A stretch of DNA of 64,000 nt. Source: Podargus strigoides (Eukaryota). A program made the translations under genes and the position numbers. The stretch covers positions 14,272,861 through 14,336,860 of the forward strand of contig CM051638.1 in the NCBI GenBank assembly GCA_028020825.1, in the 5' to 3' direction. Shown here in pieces: positions 12,236 to 24,254 of this stretch. Each line of letters opens with the position of its first letter. The first letter of the stretch is position 1. Below the pieces are notes generated by a model. The model saw only the letters and a list, made by a program, of their open reading frames with translations, searched no databases and had not been told where the DNA came from.

Positions 12236-14442
12236 GTAAGTGAGATTGATTTATTTTTGTTTGCTTTCCTTCAGTCGGCCTTTAACAGCTTTGGTCCTTT
12301 CATGTTTCTGGTGTTCGGTGCTCCCCTACGCCCGTTTTTTCTCTCCCACACTTCTCTCTGGTCCCAAACTTGGCACAGAACAGAGGAGAGAAAAGCAGTG
12401 ACAGGCAGTAATGAATGAATGAAAATTGTTTGCTGTTTTGTCTGGCTTGGTCGTCCCAGCTTTTGCCAGCACTTAGCTGGTCACTGATTTGGCTCTCTAG
12501 GTTCTGGATCCTTTTTCATCAAATTGTATGTCGTTCCCCGTCAGTTTCGACCTTGTTTTAACCAAACACAGGCTTCCCAGAGCTGCGTGGTTTGGGGAGG
12601 CCTAAATGCAGGTCAGCTGTACTGTCTGGGACACAGGCAACACTGACAGTGGCAAGCAGGGCAAGGGGCAGCTGTGCAAGGAGGCAATACTTAGAAGAAA
12701 TCCAGCAAGTAGAAAGTCTTTTTTATTTCAGAGACTCCGTTGAGAGATTTTTCAATGACATCTGAAAACTGTGAGCTTTTTTCAATTTAAAAGAAGTCGT
12801 TTAATGTAATCTGCTGACAAACCAGCTGTTAGAATGAAAGATGGCCACGCAAAGCTCTCTGGGAGTCACGGTGCTGTCGCAGCAGGGCTCAGTATATGTG
12901 AGGAGTCTGTCTGTGGGTTACTTCTTTCCTCTGGTCGAGCAAAAGCTGTTCAGGTCTGGTCCTGGGCAGGGATTTGGATGAGAAATACCACCTCAGAGGG
13001 AAGCTGGACCATTTAGAGACGAGTTCTGCAAAATAAGGGGAGGAACACGTGAGAGATTGGCATGATTTAGTGCTGCAGTGGTTGCTGGGCAGGTGCTGTG
13101 AATCGGTGCAGTCTAAAGGCGCAGTCCAGATAGGTGGGTTTTGTCATTGTTTCTGGAACTGGACACATCCTGTTGACCCTGGAGGAACAGGAGAACTTGG
13201 GCACATTTTTTTATTAAGCTCCAGCCACCTTTGAGTGAGGTGGGAATAAGCTGTGTAGTCAGGTTTCTATTCCAATGGAGCTCCTTCCTGCATTTCCTTT
13301 TCCCAGTGGGCATAAAGACTGCAGAGGTTGACAGCAGCAACCCAGCAGGTTGCTGCAATGCTGAGCTAGGTAATGCAAAGTAATGTAGGGATGAGAAGAT
13401 AGCCTCGTGCTATCTTCTGCATCTAGACAGGTGAGATGCAATTAAGACGTTCAGCAGGAAGGCAGAAAAGCTTTAGGACAATCTCTCCTGGCAGTCTGCT
13501 AGCTTAGAGTGTTCCTAGAGCCCTCCATAATGTTTTCAGGATACTCTTCTGGCCAGCTGCCTTCTGCCTGGCTGAACTGGGGGACAGTGAGCTATTCTTG
13601 CAGCCAGACAGCACCACTGTTGAGAGCCAGGCACGAGGCTGTGGTTTTGGAATCTTTTCCCCGAGCGTGGCTGCTGGGAGGAGCGGGAATGCCCACGCGC
13701 AGCGGTGTGGGGCCAGGGGCGCAGTGCAGTGTCTGGGCAAAGTGCTGGTTTGCAGGGTGGCCTGGGGTGGTGTTCCCATCACTGGGTGCAGCAGGAGTGG
13801 GCAAGGCTGGATGCGTGCAGGCTGCCACATGCATTTCTGTGCCATGACAGTCTCCTGCATGGGTGTGCTTTGGGCTTGTCCACCCAGCTTTTGCTGAGTG
13901 AATTTCACCATGACTTGCAGGGACACGGTTATTTGTCTGTCCTGCTTGCCTCTCTTCCCACTGTTCCTTTCTGCCCCGCTCCCCTCCCCAAATATCTTCT
14001 ACACTGTCTGTGAGCCTTCTCTGCTCAGCCCAGTTTCTCCTATTCTCTGTCAGTCTCTCTCTAACCTGCAGCTACTCCGTCTTTTCTCTTCCTGCTCCCA
14101 TTAGGATCCGTTCCAGGTGCTGTCTCTCTCTTTTTTTACCTCTTTACTCTCCTGTTTCCCTCCCTTTCTCTGCATTCAGCATCCACTCATGCAACCTGTT
14201 CTGTCTCATCTGTCATCCCTGGCTTTCTGTCTGTCTGTCCTCCTTGCTCCCACATTTCTGCCCCCAGGTGAAGTTTGAGTTCTGATCACCTGGCCCTTAC
14301 TCACATTAAATTCCTCCTCACCTACAGCATGGACCTGGCTCCCAGACACCTTCTTAAAGCCTTGGGTGTTTTCCCAGGTGTGATTGGCAGGCAGTGGGAT
14401 ATGAAATGCCCCTAGAAAACGGACTGTTTTCATTATTTCCAG

Positions 14443-14550
14443 TGTGGTGCTGCTGGTCCCTCTCAATATGATGCAGTTCTACCAACTCCAGATGCTGGAA
14501 TATTCTACGCGGACATGCACGGCCTGGCAGGGCTTGCGGCTACAGGAAAG
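14443..14550 (+). CDS. Transmembrane and juxtamembrane exon (VVLLVPLNMMQFYQLQMLEYSTRTCTAWQGLRLQER)
   Basis: Acceptor tttccAG at 14441-14442 and donor GAAAG|gtactg at 14551; compare GRAMD1B LVLLVILNMMLFYKLWMLEYTTQTLTAWQGLRLQER. Confidence 0.7.
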
Positions 14551-15690
14551 GTACTGTCACACCTGCTTTGTCTCTGCCTCTTCTTGCATGTTTCCTAGAG
14601 TTGTTTGAGGCTTTCCCAGAACACCAAAGCCCTGGGCTCTTGTCTATGGTTAGCCAGCACTCTGGGCTAAAGCGTAGCAGTTAGTATCTCACCCAGGGCT
14701 CCCTGCCCAGCGGGGAAGGGAAATTGGGGAAAAAAGAGGAAAAAGCCCGGGAGCTGACGTTTGAACAAACTTAACAGAATAACAGGACTGAGGCAAGAAC
14801 CAACATAAAGCCTAAATGGTTCTACTCAGCCTAGTTCTCGATAGCAAGAGCAGGAACAGAGCACCACCACCAAGGAGCCTCAGGGAGAGGAGGAGGAACC
14901 CCCCCCTCACTGAGCTCCCTCCTTTTACCATGAGCATGCTGAGGTGGTGTGGGATGCAGCTGTGAGTCAGCTGCCTTGAGTGGAACTCTCAGCTGACTCG
15001 GGGCTGCTCATGGCTGCCTGCATGGCTGGCCCATGGGCTGTGCCTGGGAACCAGGACAGCTCTCTTGTAGATTCCTTACTCTTTGTGTCAAGGAGATGAA
15101 GCAGGTAGGTAGCTGAAGCTGTGGGGCCATCAGCATTTCCAGATCTGAAACTGCTGAGCAGCTGCAGCAGAAGACAGTGAGTTAAGGCAACCCCTGCTTC
15201 TTCCCAGCATCCTGTGAACGGAGGATGCTGTGCGAATTAGTGTTTTGCAGTCCTGGGCCAAGGTGGTCACCTCCCCTCCTTTGATGGCTCAACTTCCCTC
15301 TGTACGAAAAGCAGGGTCTTAGAAAGAACCCTCTGTACTGAGAGGAGAGTTTGGGCCTGTGACACACAATCAGCTTTTGGACAAGTGTGTTGAAGGGTGT
15401 GTGCGTCCAGATGTCAGCAAGTTGTTGGAGTGTGGGAGGCAGAGAGAGATTCCTAGCCCAGCTCCAGCTCCTCTGACCACTGGCACCTGCCCGAGGCCCC
15501 ATCCCATGGCTCCGGGCAGCCAGTCCCAGTGATCCTCCCATCAGCACCCTCAGTGCTTGTATCTGTCCTGATTCTGCTCCACTCAGCAGGCTCCAGCCTT
15601 GTTCTGGAGGGTTAACTGGGCCTGAAGGGAGGGGATCCACTGGGACTGCAGTTTCCCTGGATTCACTCTTGCTGGTGTTGTGTCTGACAG

Positions 15691-15808
15691 GTTCCCCCAG
15701 TCTCAGACAAAATACGCCCAGTTACTGGAATCTCAGCAGAAGTATCATGACTTGGAGCTACAAAACCAGCGTGAGATCATCAGATCTTTAGTGGTGCTTC
15801 TAGAGCAG
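15691..15808 (+). CDS. C-terminal helical exon (FPQSQTKYAQLLESQQKYHDLELQNQREIIRSLVVLLEQ)
   Basis: Acceptor ctgacAG at 15689-15690 and donor GAGCAG|gtgaga at 15809; compare GRAMD1B LPQSQTEWAQLLESQQKYHDTELQKWREIIKSSVMLLDQ. Confidence 0.7.
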
Positions 15809-16528
15809 GTGAGACCGCAGGGCCAGTTCGTGCTGTGACTCGAGGGCCACTGTGTTCTCCCAGCCACCCACTCGCAATCCTTCAGCCTTAACTAGTTCCA
15901 CTGTAGTCCATCAGGTGCGTCACTTCTGCTGCCGTCTCCTTTAGCTCCGTCTCTGACACAGCGGTGGGCAGCAGGTCCCAAGGGCTATTTGCAGGGTACT
16001 GCAGCTTCTCTGTCCCCTCATGGGGGTCCACGCACGTCAAGGAGAGAATCCTACAGGGCCAAACCCCTTCTGTTAGCACATTTTATAGCTAGTCTCTGGC
16101 ATCCCAGTTTGGAAAGCCAACTCTTGTGCCTCGGCCCTGGATTCATACCCAGTTTGTGTGGATGACAGGGACCCTCAATAGCACAAAGCCAGGGGCTTCA
16201 GTATCCGCTGCCTAAAAAGCTGGTTGTACACCAGGCTGCCTAGAACAGAATTTGTAACTGAAAGCTGCTCTCCCTACAGAGAGAGCTGATCACCCCATAC
16301 CTGATACTGCTTGCCCCTTCTCTGTTAGCTTGGAGAACGGTCTCTCCCGGGCTCCCATCTTCTCAGCCCACTTTTGTACATCCCAGCCCTGACGCGCCAC
16401 TCCCCAAACCCAGATGACTGCAGTATCAATGCTTTACACGGAAGAAGGAGGCACTGAGGGGGAAGGCAATCCTGAACCACTCTCACCTCTAGGGTGGCAT
16501 CACAGCGGAGCAATTTCTTGTCTTGCAG

Positions 16529-16660
16529 ATGAAAGATTTACTGATAAATCTTCAGAATGGCGTCGGGTCCCAGGACTTTGGGTCAGAACCAGAGGAGGAA
16601 CGGAAACGTTTGCACCAACAGGCAGCAGTGCAGGAGGCCAGAGGCCCCTCTGCAGTATGA
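16529..16660 (+). CDS. Terminal coding exon (MKDLLINLQNGVGSQDFGSEPEEERKRLHQQAAVQEARGPSAV*) with TGA stop at 16658-16660
   Basis: Acceptor tcttgcAG at 16527-16528; compare GRAMD1B MKDSLINLQNGIRSRDYTSESEEKRNRYH; ATTAAA-like polyadenylation motif about 30 nt downstream. Confidence 0.65.
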   Translation: MKDLLINLQNGVGSQDFGSEPEEERKRLHQQAAVQEARGPSAV

Positions 16661-17019
16661 GTAACTAGGTTATCTAAATTAATATATTAAAAATATACGT
16701 ACAGACCATAAATATGTGTATCATGTACTGATTTTCAGAGAAAGACAAAAAGCCTCCGTATGGGGGGGAAGGACTGCCCTCCAACACTGGCTGAAATGGA
16801 GCGTCTCAGGGGGAGCGTGGTGTGTGCGTGTGTGGCAGGGCTGTGCTCTCCCAGCACTGAGGTGTGCTTAGGGGGTGCACCTGAGTGTGCTCCCCCGGGC
16901 CCGTGCACCACTCTGCTGTCATATTCCTGGCTGTTTGTCTGTCTCTTCTGTTCTTGTTGTTTCAAAGGGAAGCATCAGAGTGAGTTTCCCCCCCCCCGTG
17001 CGTGCAGGACCCCGGCTGA

Positions 17020-17757
17020 CTAAGTCATGTTTGACCACCCTTATTGCCTTCTGTGAGGTAATAACTCGGTGGATAGATAATGGTAGAGCGGTAGATGTGG
17101 TTTATCTTGATTTCAGTAAAGCATTTGACACTGTCTCCCACAGCATCCTTGCTGTGGCCAATGGCATCCTGGGGTGTATTAGAAAGGGGGTGGTTAGTAG
17201 GTCAAGAGAGGTTCTCCTTCCCCTCTATTCTGCCTTGGTGAGGCCACATCTGGAGTAGTGTGTCCAGTTCTGGGCCCCCCAGTTCAAGAAGGACAGGGAA
17301 CTGCTTGAGAGAGTCCAGCATAGAGCCACAAAGATGATGGAGTGGAACATCTCCCTTCTGAGGAAAGGCTGAGGGAGCTGGGTCTCTTTAGCTTGGAGAA
17401 GAGGAGACTGAGGGGTGACCTCATTAATGTTTATAAATATGTCAAGGGTGAGTGTCATGAGGATGGAGCCAGGCTCTTCTCAGTGACATCCAATGATAGG
17501 ACAAGGGGCAATGGGTGCAAGCTGGAACATAGGAGGTTCCACATAAATGTGAGGAAGAATTTCTTCCCAGTGAGGGTAACAGAGCACTGGCACAGGCTGC
17601 CCAGAGAGGTTGTGGAGTCTCCTCCTCTGGAGACATTCAAACCCACCTGGACATGTTCCTGTGTGACCTGACCTAGGTGTTCCTGCTCTGGCAGGGGGAT
17701 TGGACTAGATGATCTTTTGAGGTCCCTTCCAATCCCTGACATTCTGTGATTCTGTGA
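17020..17757 (+). mobile_element. CR1 LINE 3' fragment (ORF2 C-terminus plus 3' UTR ending in (ATTCTGTG)n). It is about 98% identical to 52088-53330 but carries an internal deletion of about 0.5 kb.
   Basis: Segments such as aagtcatgtttgaccaaccttattgccttctgtgaggtaataactcggtggatagat match the large CR1 copy. ORF pieces are FDTVSH..., [63 protein letters not shown]. Confidence 0.85.
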
Positions 17758-18299
17758 CTGTGTTTATCTGCACGTACAGAGGGGACACTGACAACTTTCT
17801 CACCTTGCTGGCTCCAGGGCAGAGAGGTTTTGGCAGTTGCCGTCAGCAAGCCCTTACCAAACAGTTCCGCGCTTGGAGAGGAGGCCTCCAGGAGAACGGC
17901 TGTCGGTCTGTAGAGAGCAGATCTCACTGGCAATCACCCTCTGTACTTGTTGGAGCAGAAATACAATTTGCTGCCACGCTGGCCAGCCTGGTTCAGAGAG
18001 CAAAGCCCAGAATGTAAACGAGCCGCAATGCTTTCTCCAAACACTAGTTTGCCACCTCCTGTTCTTGGTACTGCATTAGTAGTGAAGGAGGTGGTGGGGA
18101 AGGGAGTATGTGCCTCCAAGGTGCGTGGGTGGAGGGGAGCCACACTGCAGAAAGCACACTTCCATCCCTTTGACTTGTCCCCTTTACATTTGCTGTACTT
18201 CTCTGCTCTCCATGTGCTTGGGCCCCTGCCATTAAGCCCTCCCTGCGCTGAAGAGCTACATCGGTGCTGAAAGGGCTGCTGCCTGTGCAGCTTCTCACG

Positions 18300-18420
18300 A
18301 GAGGGGGAGTACTGCGACCTGAAAAGACAACCCAAACTAGTATTTATTTGCAAGGAGGAAAGCCAAAAGGCAAACTCATCGCCTCCTTCTGAAGGACTGT
18401 GGGAACCAGCCATGTGTCAA
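18300..18420 (-). mobile_element. Short ERV-derived fragment homologous to the pol/env junction of the provirus at 24340-29944 (shared gaaagccaaaaggcaaactcatc..cctcctt; peptide GGDEFAFWLS)
   Basis: About 85 bp of similarity to 25185-25260; no LTRs detected. Confidence 0.3.
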
Positions 18421-19633
18421 CCTGAATTCAGGGCTCGGGGTGCAGAGCCCAGCACTTCAGCCAAACCCCACTGTGACTGGTTGGGATGCAGGGTGCTTGT
18501 TTGAACTTTCCCGTCGCACCCAGCCAGGTAGCTTAGGTGACGTGCGAGGCCCTCAAGCTCCACCTTGTTCCACACCAGGATTTTTCCACCTTCTGGGTGG
18601 CAGGAGGGAGTCACCCCTGTATTCCCTGGATCCAAAGGGTGCAGTTCTAGCTCGTCTGTTGTCTCTGGCTCCAACAGGTGCTGAAAGAGCAGGAAAAATA
18701 AAGATGAATAACTGGCCTTTGTATCTCAGTACCACCAACTCTCATCCGCACAGCTGGGTGACAAAGTCTGAGGAAAACCCTCACAAGCTCCTGCTCCTGC
18801 ATTCCACTTAGGCAAAGGCAATGTATGTGGCAGTAACCTGCTGATTTCTCCCAACCTGCCTACAATTTTTGTGACCGAGTGCTAAACACAACAAGTCCCA
18901 CAGAAGACGACTCACATTAGAAGGAGAGTGGATGAAGACAGATTATCCAAAAGACATTTAAGAGTGTGAAAGCAAGGTAGCAGTGGGAAAAACATGCCTC
19001 AGCAACTTGAGAGAACTGTGTATTGATGGCTATTTATTTAATTTAATGCTGCTGCCTACTGTAGTGCTCCCTGACGTGTTTCCAGGGAGGCTGCTGAAAT
19101 GGTTACTGTATAATGAAACGGGGTGCTGTTGCCTGGGAAGGGCATTCTGTGGCTCATTGTCCTGGCTCGGCTAGGGCAGGGTTAATTTCCCCAGCAGCTG
19201 GGAGGGAGCCCCCGCCGGGCTCTTCCATACCCGGTGAGGTCCCGTCCCGGTCCAGGCGCAGAGTTCATACAGATTTATTCAGATTTGCAAGCATGCAACG
19301 TGTTACTAAACTACATTAACACCTTCTCTCCTAAACCAAACGAGTATCTATGTTTGCTTTCACGAACCTAGAATCTTTCTTTTCAGGACTCCTCAAACAA
19401 GCAGTGTCTTTGAATTCTGAAATGACACAACTATTAAGAAAGTCCACATTGTGCAAGAAAGCAGCAGGTATGTTTTTCAACTTGGACTAAAAAAGGAAAG
19501 AGAAAAACAAAAACCGTTCACTGAACAGCAGATTAGCAGTAATGTTCCTCGTGAATCGGCAAGAGTGCCTGATGCTGAATATCTAACAGCAAATGCTGAA
19601 TTGGGGTTTAATCTTTTAAGGGTTTATTGGAGA

Positions 19634-20659
19634 TTAAGCTTCTTGCTGTGCTGGTCTCTTCAAATCCCTGATCCGTTTAACTAAGTAGGTCTTCTCATCA
19701 TTAAATTGTTCATCCTCGGTCCTGTCATTCTGAAACTTGCTGAGGAACTCAGTAAGTTTGGTCTGGTTCTTTAGAAGTATGTCTAATATAGGCTGTGTCT
19801 TGTTAGGATTGGCTACAAATACCTTCAACACATGAAAGGCCTCAAACTGAATGTTACGACTCTGGTCTCGTAGAAGGTTCATCGTTAGTTTGAGATTTTC
19901 AGGTTTACTGATGTACTTTGTCCTAATTGTGAAGTTGTGTCTGTCCAATAACAATTCACCAAGAACCATCAGTGACTGTCTCTTTGTCACGTAATTTTCT
20001 GAATGAAGCAACTTCTCATATTCACTGAAGAACCTATCGTAATGTTGTTCCAAAAATTCTGCACTTAGCAGCTTGTGTCTTGTCAGCAAATCCTTGCATG
20101 TGGCAAATGCATGTGAAGCAATGTCAAATGTTGACATTTCCACGTATCTGAAGAAATCATTGAATTGTTCTGACCACAAGATTTTTTTAGCAAGTGGCTC
20201 ATGCCTGATGCATTCTCTAAGCATTATTCCACAATTTAGAGCAATTTCTGGAGATTTGTACCCTTTTAATAGCATGAACAGTCTATTCTGTTGAGTGCAG
20301 ATGTATTCAACTGTGGGAGTTCTTGTACCAATTTGCCTTCTGAGAATGTTGTTGAAAATTTGCGCAACGTCTTTTTTGCCCTCCAAATCAATTAGCTGCA
20401 AGTCGGCTACTAGGGTACTAAGAAGACCACTGTTGTACAGCTCTTGAGCAAGCTGTGCCACAGCTTCTGTCTGTGGTTCTTTTTCATTTGTGCCATACAA
20501 GATTTCTTTCATGGCAACAAGGTTTTTTGAGACCTCCTCAGTGGCCTTTTCTGCCTTTTTGTCAGAGATATCTTGCTTTTCTAGAACTTCCATACTTTCC
20601 TTCAGGTTCTTCACTATGTCTGCAGGAGACTTGTGGGACTTGCCAAAGGGGAGTGGCAT
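19634..20659 (-). CDS. CAB39: CAB39 (MO25 alpha) processed retrocopy: complete intronless 341-codon ORF, about 8% amino-acid divergence from the canonical sequence, with a C-terminal extension
   Basis: One continuous minus-strand ORF (reported as 19634-20872, 412 aa) contains [47 protein letters not shown]...[28 protein letters not shown]. The parental gene is multi-exonic, and no introns interrupt this copy. Confidence 0.85.
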   Translation of the reverse strand: MPLPFGKSHKSPADIVKNLKESMEVLEKQDISDKKAEKATEEVSKNLVAMKEILYGTNEKEPQTEAVAQLAQELYNSGLLSTLVADLQLIDLEGKKDVAQIFNNILRRQIGTRTPTVEYICTQQNRLFMLLKGYKSPEIALNCGIMLRECIRHEPLAKKILWSEQFNDFFRYVEMSTFDIASHAFATCKDLLTRHKLLSAEFLEQHYDRFFSEYEKLLHSENYVTKRQSLMVLGELLLDRHNFTIRTKYISKPENLKLTMNLLRDQSRNIQFEAFHVLKVFVANPNKTQPILDILLKNQTKLTEFLSKFQNDRTEDEQFNDEKTYLVKRIRDLKRPAQQEA

Positions 20660-20696
20660 GATTGCGAGCCACAAGGTCTTCCTTCTCGCACACAGT

Positions 20697-20731
20697 TGGG
20701 GTTTCTTTTTTGTTTTTTTTTTTTTTTTTCT
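20697..20731. repeat. T-rich tract on the + strand (read as A-rich on the strand of the CAB39 copy), immediately 5' of the retrocopy start codon
   Basis: ctttttttgttttttttttttttttttcttttaaag; translates as [11 protein letters not shown] in the extended ORF. Confidence 0.8.
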
Positions 20732-21931
20732 TTTAAAGCAGATTTGCAGACAGGTGCTGACCGGGTCTGGTTCATCTGACTTGGTCAACATGTGGACCTG
20801 AATGATTTTGCTGAATGTGTAGGCAGAAAAAAGCATTTGGAATAACATTGTCTTGATCCAGGGGCTGGCCAACAGCTGTGTGTTGGGATTTTCCTACAAA
20901 AAAACCCAAGTGCAATATTCTATTTCCCATGTCCTTGGACGTAACAGGCAGCTTTTAACCACAAATGCCAGTGGAATGCATCAATAAGCAAGGTTCAGCC
21001 AAGTTCCTCTTGTAGATATGATTTCTAATAGGGTGCAAAAAGTGCTTTGCCTTGGCAAGCGTTTTGACTTACGCTTTTCCTCCTTTTTCCCTTTTTTTAC
21101 GTTGCTGATGAGCTGGTAAACTGAAGAGGAAATTTACCAGCAGGTGGTAGCAGTGTTTAAGATTTCTAGAACTGACATGTGAATCATGCAAGTTACTAAC
21201 ACATAGATAGAGAGTACAGACCACACAATAAATGCCTCTGCAAGTTTACCTTCATGGCCAGGTTCTTCCATCTTGATTGATGACAGATGGACATTTATTT
21301 GACACCTGTAAGACATTTCAAAGACTGCTTCATGTGCATGGTAATGGCAAAATAAGACGAAGAGGGGTTTGGGACTTCTTTTCTTGGTTTGTTTGGGGTT
21401 TTTTTTGAAGAGGTGAATTACTAGCCTAATGGTTCATCTTCACTGTAGTCATCATTTCGCCACGGTTCCCTCTGCATCTGCAAAGCAGAAATGCTTTGAA
21501 GCATTTCACATCAGAGGGTTTTGTTTGTTTTTTTTTTCATATCCACTTCAATTCTAGTACATTTCAGCTCTATCCTTTTATTCTATTTGGCTTCCTTTCT
21601 TGTAGTCATTAAAGTGAAGGGACAAAAACACACTCCATGCTATCATCCCTTTGTAATTACTTTTGTTAACCAAATAAATAATTGCAAACAATATGAGAGC
21701 CCTGGATGTTGTAGCACAAATAAAATTTGATTTTAACAGAACAACTTCTGTGTCAATGAGATAGTTCAGGGGTGTGATAAATCACCCCTGCACACCAGTG
21801 GTCAAGGGGGGGGTTACTCTCCCTGGAAGCTGTGACAACACATCCATGGCATTTCTAACACTGCTTCACATTTTACTCTTTCCTTCAAAATACAGCAGAA
21901 CTTTTCAAGCAGCAGCAGTTTGCTCCCCTAC

Positions 21932-22047
21932 CTTTGTTCTCAGAGATGATCTGTACAAGCTTGTAACCCTCCGGTGCCTCGGATTCCAGGTTGTGCTTCA
22001 CCATGGCTCTCTGGATGACAGCAGGAGCTTTGTCTTGGCAAGTTAGC
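21932..22047 (-). CDS. RGL1: RGL1 Ras-association (RA) domain exon 2 ([38 protein letters not shown])
   Basis: Minus-strand acceptor ccctttccAG and donor AAAG|gtagggg; matches remembered human RGL1 [39 protein letters not shown]. Confidence 0.8.
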
Positions 22048-22830
22048 TGGAAAGGGAGAGTTGCAATGAGACACCCATGGTACTGAACCATGGGATTTGT
22101 GACATTTGGTGGTGGTGGGGTTTTTAGCTCAAGATGACAGTACTGGAAGATAAGCTACAGCAGTAAATCACCGCGTCTGCTCTCCTGAGCAAACCCCTGG
22201 AGAGATGAGACATTGTTCTCACTACCCCTAAAAGCTCACAGAAATAAATAGCTACTCCATTTGTTGTTTGCAGACATCAATTAATCTGCAGTCTCTTGTG
22301 CTACATACTTTCTTTGACATCCTGCAAAGATTTCTGGCCTTGTAACTGGGTTTACTGTCTGCTCTCGAAGTGCAGTGCATCCGGAGCAGACACAGGGCTC
22401 CCTCCAGAGCTTTCTGCAGTCAAAAGGAAGATTTGTCTCCCCAGTAGCTGAATTTGTCCAGCCCTAAGGGAATGGCTCTTTGCAATGGGGGGGAGGTCAG
22501 ACCATTAAAATCATAAGGTAGAGCTAAAGGTGCTAATAACCACCCCCCGTGTGTGTTTTCCCCCCAGGCTCTGAGGGACCTGGGCTGAGTCTCCATCAGG
22601 TGTCTGTGGAGTCGTGTTGCCCAAGGTCCCACACTGCCAGACCTCCTCCATGGAACCAGCACTCTCATTCATACCACACTCCAGGTATTTTGAGTCATAA
22701 CATCTGTCATTGTCCCTTTCAAGCTGCCTTTGATTAGGTGGCTCAGTGAATAAGTGTTTTCCAAACAAACAGCACCATTTAAGTCACCCTGGATGAAAAT
22801 ACCACCCCCAGTAAGAGCCACAGCACTCAC

Positions 22831-23090
22831 CAGGATGCTCTTGTACATATTGTCATTGTTCTTCTCCATGCTGATGCGGATGATGCAGGAATCTTCGTTC
22901 TGCTGGTTGTAAACAGGAGGTGGCACTTTTGAGGTAGTGGGTGTCCCAGAGGCAGAGCACTTGGCCGAGCACTTGTTGTTGGAGGGCAGCAAAGGAGGAG
23001 GGGAGACTGAAGCTGGCACCTCCACGGAAGGTACATCTGTGAAATGGGTGGAGGAACCGGAGGGTTCAGAGGATTCAAAGGCTTTGGAGG
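22831..23090 (-). CDS. RGL1: RGL1 linker and RA domain exon 1 (..VPPPVYNQQNEDSCIIRISMEKNNDNMYKSIL)
   Basis: Minus-strand acceptor ctctccgaAG|CC and donor ATCCTG|gtgagtgc; matches human RGL1 VLPPVYNQQNEDTCIIRISVEDNNGNMYKSIM. Confidence 0.8.
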
Positions 23091-24254
23091 CTTCGGAGAG
23101 CAACGCAACAGGAAGAAAGAAAAACACTGTCATAAACTGGAGATTCTGGAGGAAGAACCTGAGGAAGCAGAAGGCACACACAAAGCCTCCGTGCTGAGCA
23201 CTCTGCCCAGCAGGCTGGCAGCAGAATTCCGTGCCCCCAGAAAAACTCAACTTCACTTGATTAGTTTCACCATTTCAATGAAATCTCATTTCCAACGTGG
23301 TGTGCCGGATACCGTGTGCTGCTGCATCCCAGTAAGAGTAGGCCAGGAGGTGGCAGCAGATAAAACGGACACAATCAGGTTGTGGGCAACCAGCCGGGAA
23401 CTGGGACTGACTGGGAAAGAGCAGGGGGCACCACGGGCACCGCTGCTCCAGGTTGGAGCCTTTACACAGGGGAAAATACACACACATATCCCTGTCTGCC
23501 ACTTCTTGAATATTCTTTCCTCGATGGAAACTGCTTCCTTCCTCCCTTCCTTCCCTCCCCTGCTGCTCAGGGCTTTGCCTTTCTCCTTTATCTGCTTTGC
23601 TCAAAAACTGCTGAGAGGATCTTCCCTCTCCAGCATGCTTATCAAAACCACCCTAATGACTGCTAAACAGGTTAAGCCATTTGTGGATGCCAGTGCCTGG
23701 GACCTCGTGCTTCATCTGGTTTCAGAACATTTTGTACCATTTCACTTCAAATACCCATAAGTTAACCCCAATATGACACTGTTCAGCAAAACATCCCTAA
23801 AAAGGGCTTCGACAAGACAGTTAATGCCATTTAGTAGAAAAGGGCAGAGTCTGCAGCTGCTCTGCCTTCCCCAGGATGAGGCTGTCTCTAACACACAGGT
23901 GCTTTCCCACCCAGAAAACCCCTTCCCCAGAGCACAGGCACAGCTTTACTGCTGCTGGGATTCCCTGGGGGAGCACACAGCTGCTGGAGTCCAACTTCGT
24001 CTTCCAGCTACAGCTGACGGAGCATGATGGACACAGCAGCAGGCTGCTAACAGCAGAGTAACTCATCAAACCTCAGATATTCCAGGAGAAAATGACTAGT
24101 TGTTGATCTTACTCCTCTTCAGCTGATCCCATCTCCTGTTTCATTTGGTTTTGTTTGTGGGGCCTTATAAATCCTCTTGTCTTGCTAACATCACACTGCC
24201 ATGTGCCATGAGCAAGCATGATGCTCAGGCTCCTCACCCCACTTCCCACAGGCT

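Noticed and set aside
17934-18413. 159-aa minus-strand ORF containing GGDEFAFWLS
   Set aside because: The motif comes from a short ERV-derived fragment that also occurs in the provirus at about 25200; there are no splice sites and no host-gene similarity
22669-23256. 195-aa minus-strand ORF
   Set aside because: Only 22831-23090 is the RGL1 exon; the rest is intronic read-through on either side of the splice sites
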